NCBI GenBank assembly: GCA_004022145.1
Contig: RCNU01000014.1
Origin: Paecilomyces variotii
Taxonomy: Eukaryota
Length of the DNA stretch: 64,000 nucleotides
Strand: one strand, 5' to 3'
Position 1 is the stretch's first letter. Each line of letters opens with the position of its first letter. Below, piece by piece: positions 50,143-64,000 of this stretch. The translations under genes and the position numbers were made by a program. Below the pieces are notes generated by a model. The model saw only the letters and a program-made list of their open reading frames with translations, did no database searches and was not told the DNA's origin.

Positions 50143-53074
50143 TTAACAGTCAATGTTCATTGCGGTGTCGGCTGGGTTCAATCCTTCGTTCAATCGACTA
50201 GCCTGGTGTCGCTGTGCCCTGTGCCAGCGCCGTAAGGACTGCCTTCGAGAAGTATGGTTCATCTCGAATGCTGTCCCGGGTGCGGACTGCATTTGCGACG
50301 GTATCTGCGGCTGCGTCACTTGCGAGGACTTGTCCGAGGCTTGCTGCGACAAGGGGTCCTCCTCGGTCTTTGTATCGGCCAGCTTGTTCAGACCAGAGCG
50401 TGTATGTCGAGTAAAGTCAGAAAGTGTTCTAACTCGTTTGGCATACAGGTCCTCTTCTTCGGTCAATTGTCGTCGTGGTGCCTTCTTCGGTTGTGCGAAA
50501 GCAAATCCAAGCCAGCGGAAAGGGAGGATGAAGATTGTGACGGTGGGATTTTGAGGATCCTGGGGTGCGAGACTCCAGATGCTTATTGTCGGTCTCGCTG
50601 GCCGGCGGGAGTCATTCCCCCGCTTACCGTCCTCTCCCACAAAGGTCTCTTCGTCTTCCTCCGGGTTTCCGAATAAAGAAGTCGGAGGCGATATGAAGAA
50701 CCAGCAGAGAAGAAGACCATACTCTAACATGACCAGTGGGATCCAGATGACTAAAAGAATTGTCCGCATAGTTGCCACGGCTATTTTGGACAGATGGACA
50801 ATCAGTCGGACAAATAGCTTCAACGGATGGAAATGGCGTATAGACGACTGTTTATTTCGTCTCTTCTCGGCCTCTTTGGCGTACTTCACTTTCTGGGCTC
50901 TCGACAGCGTGGCAGCCTCTTCGCCTTCTGGTATACCGGCAGTTTCTTGCAACAGGTACGGATCTGCGGACGGCTGACTGAACAGAGATCGGATCCTGCG
51001 ATAGGCATTCTCGATCTCGGAAACCGGAAACGAAACGGTAATCGCTTCGAGTACGAAAAGCGCGTACACCCAGTGGCTACTCTGGGGCTTCGTCCTCTTG
51101 ACGGGGGGTTGGCGAGCTATCCGGTCCACATGGAGTGCGTTCGCAGTATCTCTCCAATCCTGTCGGTTGTGGCTCTTCATAAGCTCGCGCATGCTCCGAG
51201 TGATATCGGACCCAAACTTCTCAAACGCGTCCATGATGGTCTGCAGGTTGAAAACTAGTAGGACCGTGAAGACGGTGATCGAAGGCATAGTGATCGCAAA
51301 CGCACTCATAGGAAGAGTGTGAGGGATCAGTGTCTGCATGCCGAAGATGCTAGTACAGAAAGAAAGTGGGAGGAACAGCAACGTGATGTAGGTCAACAGC
51401 CGGATATTATCACCCTGCCGGACTGTTGTGCGGCTGTCGAAGAGGGAAGAAGCACCAAATAGGCCGTCGCGCAAGTCTCTGACCTCGATGCTCTTCTTTC
51501 TTATCCATAGAAGCTTCTCCTGGAGCTTCTCAACCGCATGGTCGATAGATCTGATGGAATCCTCCCAGTCTTTCGCAGGCATACGCCCGTCATTGAGACA
51601 GTGTAGAGAGTTTTGCCGGAAATCAAACCAAGTGTCTATCGTCGCTGTTAATGCCTCGTCAAACATTTTATACGCTTGAAGTGCCCAGAAGTAAGTCTTT
51701 GAGCGCGAGAATTGCGGATCATCCGACAATAAATCTGGGTTTTCTTCGGAAAAGATGATCTGCGAAGGCGAGTCGATCTGTGCATCCACGGCATCGATAG
51801 CCATCTGCCACCGCAGTTGCACATGGTGCATGGCGACCATAATCCACGAGAGGAAAATGGATGCCGGCGTCCAACTACCCAGCCTGCGTCCGTCGGGGTT
51901 AACAAAGAGCGTGCTTCGTCCAGTGCCGGTGATATAAGGACCAGCAAAGTACTTTTCGGCAAGCTGATAGCACGTATAGACGTCATTCCCCACTCCCACC
52001 AGGATGAATGATAGTTGTTCTTCGTAGATGTACCGATTGCGTTTGTTCAGGGCCGGCCCGAACGCAGCAGAGCGTCTTAGCCCACGAAAGTCCTTCACAA
52101 CAAGCTCCCTATCCATTGCTGTCTGCGGGACGAAGTAGAAAGCTAGGTGATATTCGAAGAGATAGGAATTGGCAGTCTAGAATGAACTGTTAGCAATTGT
52201 GTCTGCTCTGCCTCTGAAGTCGGGTCCGGAACTGCCATACTTTACTGCGGATCCCGAACAAACTGGCCTTTCCATAGTTTGAGAAGCTGAGATATCTCTC
52301 TAAGAAGAGTGCAATCTTCGAGAGATTTACTCTGCGTAGTAGGTTAATTAGGATGTCGAAACAAAAACATCCCGTGACACTTACCTGGGCGTCGAACCCA
52401 GCAGGACTGAAGTTACAATAGGCGATAGATCAACTATCCGGAGTATACGCGAAAATGCATCAGAGGCATTAACGGTTAGCTCAGAGTCGGGATTCTTCTC
52501 ATCGGGGCATGTTCCGATGGCTGACCACATAGAAGCATGGTTCAATATGCCTTCAGTCGACTGCCATCGCGACACTAGCCCGCGCTCATTAAAATCCTCG
52601 CAGAGGACTTGCGATTTTGAAGCCTCATTCAACGAGACACTCGAAAGGAATGGATAGGTTTGGATAGGCCGCATGGTAGGACCACGTATTCCATGGTCGG
52701 TTTGGACTCAGCAGGTCCTCCAACGTTAAGCCTTTACGCCATATAAAGGACCGGAGCAACTGCTCATCCCGACACGGCAAAATCTCCTCCTGCCAAATGC
52801 GCTTCTGCTCTTCTTCCACGGACACAGGATTCGATTGAGGCTGCAGTGCTGACACTGTAGACATCCGCCGCAATGGCGGCTGTGGCGAATGTTGTGTTGA
52901 GCTCTTGAGAAGCTCCAGCTCGCGCTTCTGTGCCAGTAGCAGTTCGGTCTGGCCGTTGAGGAGACCTAGCAGCGCTGATGGGTCGGATAAGTCTGCAGGC
53001 CCAGGCGGCGCAGAAGCCCCCGGTTCCTGGAAGCTGCGGCTGCGGTAGAAGAACGGATGAAGTCGATCGTCCAT
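50143..53074 (-). CDS. CorA-like Mg2+ transporter-domain membrane protein (accessory fungal family)
   Basis: GDNIRLLTYITLLFLPLSFCTSIFGM (CorA TM1 with a GMN-like GMQ) plus further TM segments. The 5' exon structure is unresolved near 52600-52740. Confidence 0.65.
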
Positions 53075-53979
53075 CGTCTGCTCTCGCTATCACATCGAAA
53101 TCTTACATGGGCGGTCGAACACGATACAAACACAAAGCAAAAAAAGTAAAAAAAAAAAGACACAAGCTTGTTTTTGACATCTGAGCTCTGTGAAAGATCT
53201 GGATTCGTCAACGCCCATCTCGATTCTCGCGTCCTGCGAGACGCCCCAGTTGGGCGCGTCTTTGCCTGCTTCAGTTAGATCAAATCAGTAATCTGAACGT
53301 CCATCATCGAGGGTGTCCACAGCCTACGCTTCTCATTTTCTTCCCTGGCACCAGTCCGGGCGCTGAGCTGTCGAAACCCCGGCCTCATCCTTCATCGCGG
53401 TGGCCGCGCCGTCTTCGCACTGTCCGGCTTGGTGGCCTTGGCAAAGCAAGGCCAGCACCACTTGTCAGATCACCAGCGGTGTATATATACATCACGTGGG
53501 ATATATCGCAGGAATCTTTTGTCGAAGTGAGAGATAGACTGTATCTTTTGTGTCTGCTTACTGAAATCACTATCCACAAACAGTCGATGTGTACACAGGC
53601 AAAGTTCTGTCATGTACACCAACTCCGCAATATACTTAATTCTTCGACACACTAATCAATCGACTTATCCATCACTTACCCCTAGACCTGCTACCACTGG
53701 TAAGTTCTTTTTTTCTAGCGGTTTATAGTTTTCACCTTGGCAAGAGAATAATTAAAATTTTCATTTGAGTACACTTCTAATGAGGTCAGAACGATACTGT
53801 AGACCCGGTTACTGGAATCAGCAATGGGAATCATCACAATACATCACCAGGGCATTCCCGTCACCAAAACGAAGGTGGTTTTTGGGGCCTCGAAAATACC
53901 TGATATGCACTGATATATATACTTATGCATGCATACCTCTGCGAATGATCGATAATATGTACTCAAAAAGGAAATGAGT

Positions 53980-55675
53980 CTATGACGACGGCATGCCGTT
54001 CCGCAAGTTATCGTACTCGGAAGCTGGGTAGCTGAGTTCATTTTCGGTCTGGTCGAGAGCGCTGATACCGCCAAAGGCGTTGACCACCTGTGATGATTAT
54101 TAGCATTCTTTCCGTTGCTTGACACACCGTTGAATAAAACAGTTAGGAGGATGCATACAGTTGCGACCAAACTCTCATCGCCTGTCTTATCGCTACTACT
54201 CTCCCACCACATACCACCTCCAAGGCCCTTGGATTTGATATATGCTGCCTTAGTACTTGCAATATCCGGCGTGTCGTAGCTGATCATGATTCGCTGGGAT
54301 GAGTCGTAACTGTACGATGCCACCGGCTGGTCGAGAGTGTACACCTGCGCACCGCTCTGCGGAAGGGCCTTGTAATCCCAGACACCATCTTCCCAGCTAC
54401 CACTGCCGACGCCGCTGAAGTTGGTTCCGGGTCCGTCGGTGTTGGTAAACGATCGTCCGTAGAGGGGCATACCCATGACGATCTTGTTAGCTGCAACTCC
54501 ATGGGAAGTGTAATAGGAAATGGCTTGATCCGTGTTGAAGGGCGTGCTAGCCGGATCGGATGTCGAGTTGTACAAATTCGCGTTATGTCCGGAAATAGTG
54601 TCCCAGCTTCCGGCGTAATCATACGCCATCAAATTCCAGAAGTCCAGGTATTGATCCATGCCGGCCATATCTAGGACTTCGTAATTTGACGGGCCTATAC
54701 AACATTATGGTTAGGGCACATATTCAGGAATACCTTCTCCAGCAAGTACGGGAGATAGATATGGGGTAGACTAACCAGCTGGGGAGGCGACAGTAAGGTA
54801 ATAGTGCTGTCCTGGAGTGTTCTTATCGGCATAGTCGTCCAAAGCCTGCGGCGAATATTACTTAGCGCCGTAGATTTTACCAGACAGCAATTACAACATC
54901 ACATAAACTCACCGATCTGACTGTCTTCAACAGCTCTACCATATCACTTGCCTGTGACGAATTGGCAGGATACTAATTCTAGTCAGTGACATACATTCTA
55001 AGAGCCTATCTGCAGGATATAGAGAAACACTTACCTCCCAATCAATGTCCAGACCATCAAATCCCAGATCCTGCAACAACTGCACGGCTGAAGAAGCAAA
55101 TTCCGAACGTCCAGAATCCGTACTGGTCCAGGCGCCAAAATTCTCCGAATAAGTCCATCCGCCAATGGAAAGGAGGGTCTTTAGCTTGCGGTTCTTCTGC
55201 TTAATCAAGTAGAACTGCTTAACGCAGCCGTAGACGTTGGTACCATTGTCGTTCCAGGAGTCAGTCGGGTAGTGCTTCTCGATGTCTGCATAGGTGTCTG
55301 AAAGGTAGACTTCGCCGGTGTCCGCGTGGACGTTGGCAAACGCATAGAGAATGTGCGTGTATTGGTCCGCGGTGAGGTTCTGAGGTTGGAAGTTGCGGCC
55401 GTAGATGGCCTAATGCATATGCAGCAAATATTATAGTAAGTAAATGGGACTATGAAGAGTCTCATGGAGACTTCTATGACGAAGAATAGATGAAAATGAT
55501 ATCAGAAAAAGTAACTGCATACCCAGTTTACGAAATATGCCACTGAACGATAGCCCGTAGGATCATCACGAGTCTCAAGACTGTTGACTGATCTCTCGAC
55601 TGTAGAAGGAAGGACTACTGCATTAGCCAGCCAGTTCGAGGCCAGCAATATAGCGAGAGAGAGAAAACGCATCAT
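53980..55675 (-). CDS. Secreted GH18 chitinase (subgroup A, no CBM)
   Basis: Signal peptide, [17 protein letters not shown], catalytic [23 protein letters not shown]. Several introns. Confidence 0.93.
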
Positions 55676-57819
55676 GGCTGAAGGAACGACTCGAACAGAA
55701 GGAAGGATAACTATTACAACGCGTCTGAAAAGACAGAGGCAGACACCATTCTTATTAAAATTCAGGGGGGGATTGTGCTCCTATATGAATGGAGCGTTAT
55801 ACTGCTCAGCCGGACGGTTACGGTCTAGGCTACCTCCTTGGAATGTGGCAGCAGTTCAGAATGGCTTCATCATAACATGTAACGGTTTGCTTACAGGCTT
55901 GCACGGATCACTGATGTTACCTTGACAGTAGCTTCTTTTCCCGTTTGGGGATGCAGTAGAGGTTTGGTGATCTTCCCCATGGTAGTCACTTCGACATGGA
56001 TGACAGGAGCAGCATGGGAGATCGACCCTTGGCAACGCGCTACGATCCGCTCATAGATACAGTAGACAAGCCTCGGGGGAGAGATAGCATCATGTCAAGA
56101 ACAGAAAGGATCTACAATATGTATTGTCTTTGGTGCAGCAGCAGAAAATGCGAGCAAGCCGTAAGACCCGGCTGGTCATCCGAAGGACAATGACCATTCC
56201 GAGATAGGGCTAGGACTATGAGATGAGAAGGGGCACGAGCACGCGAAAGAATGTGAATAAGCTTTAGGGTAGAGAGCCACGCTAGCAAGAATCTTCACAT
56301 AACTATATTTCACAAGGCCTGATGAGTTCAGGAACTAGAGTGTGACATTGCCGTCCGTACCGTGTCTCTCGTTCTATGTATACACACTGTAGAGAAACTC
56401 CTTGCGTCGACGCGGCTGGTCAACGGTGGCGGAAGCTTCCCTAGACCAAGTTCCTGCAGAAAAGCCTAACTATGCATAGAAATTTCGAGTACTTGTAGTA
56501 GCGAAAGGATAGTAGTATTCTTTCGAATCATATTCTTAGGGCGACTGGTTCCTCCTGGATGACATCCTTATTGGTCCCGCAGGATAGAGACAACGGGATA
56601 CTTTACCGTTTCGTCGACGCAAGAGACGTTTCGAGGGTCGATAATTGTTGGTCATTTGGACAAATACGAGATTCCGAATATAAGAAGCTGTCCTGTGCCT
56701 TTTGACATGCGACTCCTCCAGGATCAGAAGAGTCCCAAGTCCTACAGAGGCCATACTCGAGAATCCCGACGAATGGTCCAGCGTCAGGCCTTTTCCGTGC
56801 CAAATATCATTTAGGATGGTAACTACGACCGAAGGGGCAGCCTTCTGTTCGTCAAATTCGGCATTAGCGTTCATATTCATAGGTGTTTATGGAAACCATA
56901 GCTACAGTATTATTACATGGCAGTCCGGCGCGAGGACGGGATGTCCATTTCGGGCTTAAGCAGATAGATAACGTTCAAAGCGTCCAGCAGATCACTTGCA
57001 GTAGGAACCCGTAACAATGGCTTTGTCCCTGCTAGCCCAGCTGGGTGGAAATTATTAACTTGGGGGTACAACGCAACGTTCCCCGGTTGAGATCGAATTA
57101 GAGGTTCGATCTAAACAATCGGGAGACACCAGGGCCTGGTTAGCCTTATCGCGTGAACTAGCGGGAAGCCTCATGACACATCCAACGGATGACATCTCTA
57201 TAGGAATAGCTGCCTTGCGATCCCGGCAAATCATAGTGAATAACAGCAGAAAAATAATATAGCGCTGGCCTGTATAATAGACAGATGAGTTAGTTTTGCA
57301 GAATGCGAGAGCGGATGGCCACCCATCCAGTGGGCGTTCTGATGGTAGTTCCAGAAGTCGAGATAAGGTAATTAGGTGACATCCCGACTCCACGATGGAG
57401 CAATGTAACGCGCCAGAGATAGTCAAGCAGGCAAGACGCAGTACCACCTTGAACGGCTTACTTGTCATGCGGCCCGATCAGGGGCTCCAGGAGCCAGAAA
57501 AGGGAAAGCAAAAATGCAGCGGAACTGTTGATAACGGTGATACTACTAAGTTGCACTCGAAAGTGCTGGGTGGGCAAATCTGATGGAGAGTCAACTTCAA
57601 CCCTCGTGACTATCCCTTCCCCCTCACGAGCACAGAATCAGGATGATAACGCACCTTATCCTTATTTGATTGCTTCCTCGTGCTGCAAGAAGACACGCGA
57701 GCACGGTCATCAATCATGCCGCTGCAGAACACTGCTCGCAAGTGTCGTAGTATGTATACATTGCCGTCCACTTCGTCAAGTGGCATGGCCAATGACACAT
57801 TGGTACGTATTGATACAGC

Positions 57820-58800
57820 TCAATCCTTGATCCATCTCTGGTTGACCTTGTCGAACCCGATCGTGTCCAAGTCGATATTCATGCTTTTCAGCATCATGTC
57901 CATCGTGAATGACTGCGCATCACAGATAAAAACATCTCAGCATGGCCGCCAGACCGCGTAGTCCGCAGAATGCATGTCGACAAAAATAATTAGGACTGCA
58001 GAAGAAAGATAACACACCTCTTCATCATTATCGTCCTCCTCGTCCTCTCTCCCTCCATCGCGCTCCACCTTGGAATCGATGTCGATGTCGAGGGAATCAA
58101 GCATCTCCGCTTTCCTCCTCTCCCGTTCATTCTCATCAAGATCATGGCCCCAGTTGTCTAGGCTCCCTTCCCCATCATCCCATCTCTCCCTGCTCTTCTT
58201 TGCCCTCTCCTTCCAGGCACGTACCCCGCCCATGCGGAATACTTTGTCTCTCGCGGATGCAAAAAGTTCTTCTGCTGCATCTTGACTCGCCGCTCTCCAT
58301 TTTAGTATCAGCGCTTCCAACTCCTCGTCCCGAGAGGATGATTCAATCCGCAAAGCCTGCTGTGTGGTATCGAGCTCCGCGCGGAGAGCAGAGAGCCGCG
58401 CCTGCAGAGCCGTATGTTGTTTCTGAAGCGCAGAGACGGCTGGGTCCGGAGAAAGAGACGTAAATGATGATGGGAAAGACTTGCGTTTACGCAGTGACGA
58501 GAGAGGTGTTCTCTGTTGTGACGTTTTAGTTGGGGTTGTGGTAGGTGTAGGCCTTGAAGGTTCTCCTGTAGCCTCTATCTCTTCCTTTGGGCCCTGCTGC
58601 CGTGACTGTTCTGCTGTGTCATTCGTCGCCTCGACATCCTCTTCTGGCTCGATCTGAGCTGAAAATCGAAGAGGGGATGGACTGGCTGTTTGGTCGGATT
58701 TCTGAGCTGGAGTGCGCAGAGGAGACTTGAACGGCTTAGAGAGCGTGGACGCCGCCTGGTCCAGCCTGCGGCGCTTCGAGTTGTGGGAGAGGTGAGCCAT
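57820..58800 (-). CDS. SFR1: Swi5-dependent recombination repair protein Sfr1/Mei5
   Basis: LSKPFKSPL, coiled coil, ELEALILKWRAASQDAAEELF, RMGG. The spliced last exon is FTMDMMLKSMNIDLDTIGFD. Confidence 0.8.
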
Positions 58801-59247
58801 TGGTATTCCTCCTGGTCGTCCTTCGTAGTTCACATATCTTGATAGACTGCCAAATACATGACAGTGGCGAGTGGAGAAAGTTGAAGGAGGGTTTGGCTGA
58901 TGGATGATGAGGTTCGCTGTGGGAACGCGAAGAGCTTCTTCGCTCGGCGCGTTTACTTATCGATAAGCCCAGGACGATCCGGGACAGCTTAACCGACTTA
59001 CCTCCAAGTTGCCAACAATAAGTCTTGGGTTAAGTCAACACGCTTTTAATTATTGAGTTAGTCAGATGCTGTTACTTTTCTGGGAAATCTAGTTACACAT
59101 TTTTTACTGATACGAGTTGTCATGACACCGTGTATGTAGTCAATAGTTATGCTCTCTACTTAAGTCGTAATGAAACAAGTGCAATCACTCGGGATATTTG
59201 CAATGGTCAACACAAAGTTCAAATGCAGAATGGTATCCAAGTTAGTT

Positions 59248-61976
59248 TCAATGCCCTACGCCGCCCGCTACCCACTGCGCGAATTCCGGTTGCCCTGGCT
59301 GGGGGAACATCCCTCGATCACCACCACCAGGTGGTACTCGGGGGACTCCGGCGCCAGCTCCTGCGTTCTCTCTCTGCCGATTCCTTTGCTGTCTAACATA
59401 CACGAGAATCAACAAGGTCGCGGCTAGGGCAACGATAATGAGGCCTTCGAGGAAGCTCTCATCGATGTCAAGGTCCAGCTCATCATAGAACCCGTCTTCT
59501 CGGTCAGCATCGCGACGCAAATCAGCGCCGGATGAGAGAATGCCATCCTCATCCTCGCCTCGTTGATACAGCTGCGCACGGTAATGAGCTTCTTCCTCCT
59601 CATCGTTTTCAATGAAGGCCGAGATCCACTCCCGGAACGTCCTAGGAGGTTTGGATTCTGTGTATACACGTCAGCATTGTCTGGAGTTGAAATAATACAG
59701 AATGCTGCTTACCTGGTTCTTCCTGGATTGGTTTGACCTTGCCGTTGGTGATCCGGCTCCAGAAACTCCTGATCCGTAATTTGATGAGACTGAGCTTAAC
59801 AGGGAAATATGCCTCCCGATTTGTAATTAGAGCGAGATCGTAATATCTCTTCGCCATGTGGAAATCCTGTTCGACAGCAACTCCATTCTCATGCATCCAT
59901 CCAAGGTCCCAGTATGCTTGAGCGCTATGGTGGGCCTCAGCAGCAGTGTGGTAGCAAGTAGAAGCCTTTTCCGGGTCCGCTTCTGCGCCAATTCCGGCGA
60001 GATAGTAATCGCCCATCTTGACAAGGGAGTCCGTGTTTGCCTGTCTCGCAGAGCGAGTCCAGTAGATCAAAGCGAGCGCTGCATTCCGTAACAGCGAAGG
60101 GCGCTTATTCTTACCCCAGGGAAGAAGGGAGTCCAGCGAGAACACGGAACGTTGCTCGTCCAGAAGATACGCGACGTTAGATTGCGCGCTCTCATAGCCT
60201 TGTTCAGCAGCCATCATTGCTGCGACCAGCGCTGTTTCTTTATCGCCATCCTCGTAAGCCGAATTGGCTTCTTCGAACGACGAGTGGATAGGTTCGGCCC
60301 TTTCAGCTACCAGCTTATAGTATGCAGAAGCTATGCCACAGTGTCGTTCTCGCCCGATTCCATTGTCCGCAATCTCAGCAAGGTAGTAGAAAGCCTCCAT
60401 CCAGCCCCAGCGAGCAGCCAATTCGAAGTATCGCGTAGCCGTCTGGACGTCGCCTTGGTCGAGGAAGAGAGCTCCTAGTCTTGTCTCTGAGGCTGGGAAA
60501 TCTTGTTCTGAAGCAGCCTTGAAGTAGGAAGCTGCCCGGTACGCGTCTTGTGGAACGCCATACCCATGCAGGTACATCAACCCGATTTCATGCTGGCAAA
60601 GGGGGTCACCGTTGACTACTCCTCGTTTGAACCATGCCAAAGCCGTTGCAAAATTCTGTTCCACGCCCTCTCCTCGCAGGTACATCAGTCCAATATGACC
60701 TGCTGCTTTAGCCGCCAGCTTCTCGATTCCGACCGGATGGTTTGCGTTGACACTGCCGTCCTTGTTCCAATAACGTTTTGTAACTAGCTTGAAGTAACGC
60801 ATAGCTCTCCGGAAGTTCCTGGGTAGTTTCCGCGTGCCATCATAATGCATCTTTCCAAGACTGAAGGTCGCCTTGAGCTCCCCTTTCTTGGACATGAGGT
60901 CCAGGTACTCTAGAACGTCGTCAAGGCTAGCGTCTGAGCTCGAGTGCGGTCCGTCTCTTTGCGCGTTTGGTCCCGAGCTGACTACGCTCGCCCCTTCGCC
61001 ATAGACGCCTCCTTCCTGGTCTGCCCACCGATAAGAATTCCGCGGCATACTGTGGCCACCCGGAGGCCCCGATCTGTAGTATGCAATAGCCTTATCTGCC
61101 ACCCTCTTGTAATAGTATGTTGCCTGGTCACAGTCCCTCGGGGCTCCAATACCGACATGGCTTCGAAACGCAACTGTCATTTCCGATCTGGTGTTTCCAG
61201 CCTCTGCAGCGAAAGTATGATATAACAATGCCTTCGCCTGGTCACGCTCTACAGCGTCACCGATCCCTGTCCCGTACATGAATCCGAGCATATACTGTGC
61301 CGTGCTATTCCCGGTCAGAGACGCCAGCTTCTGGTACCACTGGAAGGCTTTCTTGAAGTGTCGTGGATGCGTAAAATTCCCATAGAAATTCATCTCCGCC
61401 AGAAGAAACATCGCGTCAGGATTCTGCGCCTCTTCCGCGGCCAGTGTCAATTCCTTCACGGCTTTTGCTAGTATCGGGCTCAGCTTCTGCTTTTGCGACC
61501 TCGACTCTGCATATTGATCCGGTGGTGGGCCATTCATGAAAAGGAGGTAAAAGATCTCCTTCGTGTAGTACATCGTGTGTCCCAGAAAGCCCGAAGGCTT
61601 CTCCCGCTTGACGACCGTGATTTTGGGATCCTGCAACGACTGCAGGGCAGAGGCAACCAAGTCTATCAAGCGACACATCATCGAATCAGCAATATCCACG
61701 GGGACAAGGAAGACGATAACACTCACCACTTCCATCCCAGAACCCCGTGTCGCCATCCCCGCTACCCGCCGCGTGGTCACCATACTGATATGTATTACCT
61801 GCGATACCGGTCGATCTCGAGTTGTCGCCTGATAGAGTCCGGGCATCTACCGCGAACACCTGTAGGAATACTGGAGTAGTTCCAGGTCAGTCGATCTCTC
61901 TAGAAGTTGTGCTATGTCCGGAGCTCTACTTACCAAGCGCGCACGGCAGGATACGCCATAACCCCAGCTCCTTCAT
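59248..61976 (-). CDS. HRD3: ERAD-associated Sel1-repeat protein Hrd3/Sel1L
   Basis: Spliced signal peptide (MKELGLWRILPCAL|VFLQVFA), many Sel1 repeats (AQYMLGFMY, AEQGYESAQSNVAYLL, KMGDYY), C-terminal TM and GGVGH tail. Confidence 0.92.
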
Positions 61977-63050
61977 CGTGCCTGCATAAATGGGGTAGTT
62001 CTTATGGACAAGAGACGCATTGCGACCGTATATCTCAAGAATACATCACCGATTTCCCCTGGCGAATCGGGATGGACAGAAAGCGATGGAGTGGACGATA
62101 ATGAAGCTCCAAACTGTCCTGATGGACGGGCCACCTTGCGCGGAGCTTCATTTCCCCGACCTTCTCCGCAGAGCTTCGACGCGCTCCGGCCACAAGCAGC
62201 AGCTGGACAGGTCTGTTACCCCAAGCTACCAGAAAAGATCTTGGGATATTCTTACGTCTAGTAACGTTCAGATGAATTCATGGGTACTCTGGCTGCCATA
62301 TCATACCTAACGATGCCCTGGAATGTACAAATGCAACACCTCCGTCCAACACAAAAATATATATATATATATACATTTGTACAGTACATCATATTGCCCT
62401 TGGGTACTCCTACAATTGGACATTAACTGGTAACGGTCAAGAATCATGTATGGACAAAATTTTTGATTGTAGTCTACGGGGATCTTGTATGCTTCGAATA
62501 ATATTCTATCCTATTGACGGACCAGCTACACATGACGCATTATGTATTTCATGCATTTTCTGTCTTCCTGTTCGGCTTACTACCTAAGCTGTGTACATGA
62601 ACCGAAGAACGGGAACAGCAAGACATCTAGCAATAACACTTGCATGCGGAGACATCAGGTAAAACAACGCCATTGGAGAGGGAAAAAAAGAAATGCCTCT
62701 CGTAACTCCGTGCTATTATGCGCGCAGGGGCGTCTGGAATCGGAAAGAAAAGGTGCTCGGGTAGCTTATCTTTTTCAATAGAAAACACGCACAACCAGCC
62801 CGGAATTGCTCACAATTTTTGAAGGGGGCGGCTCAGAATTGGTAAAAGAGAAAACAGCTCAAACCTCTTCAGGCGGAATGTGGAAAGATACATGGACCGA
62901 GGCATTAGGATGCCTGAGATCATGAAAGAAAATAACCAAACAATTCCGAGACCTAAGATGCAATATGGTTCTTTTGTGTGGTTTATGTGAACAAGGGCAT
63001 GGTGGTACATCAGCGTGGAAAGGGCCGTAAAGAGACAGTAAAATCTAAAA

Positions 63051-64000
63051 TCACTGGCGCGGAGACCTGGAAGAGGCTATCAGCAAATGGGTGTTGATCA
63101 TGGAGCAGGCAGAAAACACTCACGTCGGGTTAAAAGCCGGAGAGGTTGGGCTGTAGCCTGGAGATGTAGGTCCACCAGGAGACGTCGGCGAGCCAGCGAA
63201 GTTGGGAGAGGTAGGAGAGTAAGTCTGAGGACTTGTTGGGGACCAACCAGGCGAAGTAGGTGTGTACTTCGGCGAGGTTGGAGAAGTGGGAGAATGACCA
63301 CGGCCAGTAGCTCCCCCAATGGCAGGGCTGGTGGGGCTGTAGCTTGGGGACGTCGGGCTGAATGCCGGAGAAGCTGGACTGAAGCTTGGCGACGTAGGGC
63401 TGTAGTTGGGCGAGGTGGGAGAAAATCCCGGAGAGGTAGGAGAGTAGGAGGGAGACGTCGGTGACGCTTGGCCGTAGGCTGGCGAGGTAGGAGAATAAGC
63501 TGGCGAGGTCGGCGCGAACGACGGACTGGCCGGCGAGAAACCAGGAGATGTCATGAAACGAGGGCTGGTAATAGCCATGCCAGGAGACGTAGGCGAGTAG
63601 CTCGACGACGGTGAGTACCGCGGAGACGTCGGACTGGTATTGAAGGGGCTGGTCGGAGAATAACCTGGGCTTCTGGGAGCAGGACTGAAGCCACCTTCGA
63701 AACCAGGGCGATAATCCGTGGCGAAACCTCCAGGAGTCTCGGCGCCGGTTTGGCGAATAGGAGAGAACTTGGAGTCGGGATCGGGTGTTCCGATATACAC
63801 ACTCTCCTGCATGGGCGAACCAGTATCGTATTGCGTCGCTGCTCCATCGCTGATGATAGCATCCTTCGCGCCGATAGCACCCATCAGGCCAAATCTCGCG
63901 TTGTTGGAAACGACTGTGTTCAACATGTTCTGATCCAGGTACATGTCGAACTCTCCAGTTCCTGCGGGCGCCATCTGTCCGAGAATCAAGTTCTCAGACA
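63051..64000 (-). CDS. RPB1: RNA polymerase II largest subunit, 3' end with CTD (partial)
   Basis: [11 protein letters not shown] (conserved domain H) followed by YSPTSP-type heptads. A final intron leads to a short SPRQ* exon. Confidence 0.97.

Noticed and set aside
57086-57116. GGTTCGA-containing hairpin resembling a tRNA T-arm
   Set aside because: Only a 12-bp imperfect inverted repeat, with no cloverleaf or A-box.
55700-57800. About 2 kb gene-free region upstream of the chitinase with several short ORFs
   Set aside because: No spliceable gene model, domain or repeat structure found. It is compatible with a long regulatory region.
63120-63700. Degenerate RPB1 CTD heptads (F/W/H at position 1, insertions)
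   Set aside because: Relaxed CTDs are already known as normal in filamentous ascomycetes.

Overview
Fungal nuclear DNA, most consistent with a Eurotiales mould (short GT-AG introns with CTRAC branch sites, Aspergillus/Paecilomyces-like proteins; the species cannot be fixed from sequence alone). Most of the window is a gene-dense core run: GLN4, GPI8, CDC45, a DUF1330-like gene, GH47 mannosidase, HIS4, UTP11, CMC1, TAF9, lipin, an FN3/coiled-coil protein, THG1, TMA23, SFR1, HRD3 and the RPB1 CTD. Two accessory parts stand out. (1) A compact three-gene module at about 21.5-28.9 kb (Zn2Cys6 regulator, levoglucosan kinase, divergently transcribed sugar porter) with three CGGCTAAA boxes in the shared promoter: a candidate levoglucosan (pyrolysis sugar) uptake, regulation and assimilation cluster. 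(2) A TpA-rich, RIP-looking block at 1-7.9 kb with an intact acetolactate synthase carrying Thr and Ala at the two classic herbicide-resistance positions (plant A122 and P197 equivalents), next to an APH-type phosphotransferase and a peroxisomal FAD amino-acid oxidase. Gene models were built by hand from splice signals. Homology calls come from recalled motifs, not database searches.
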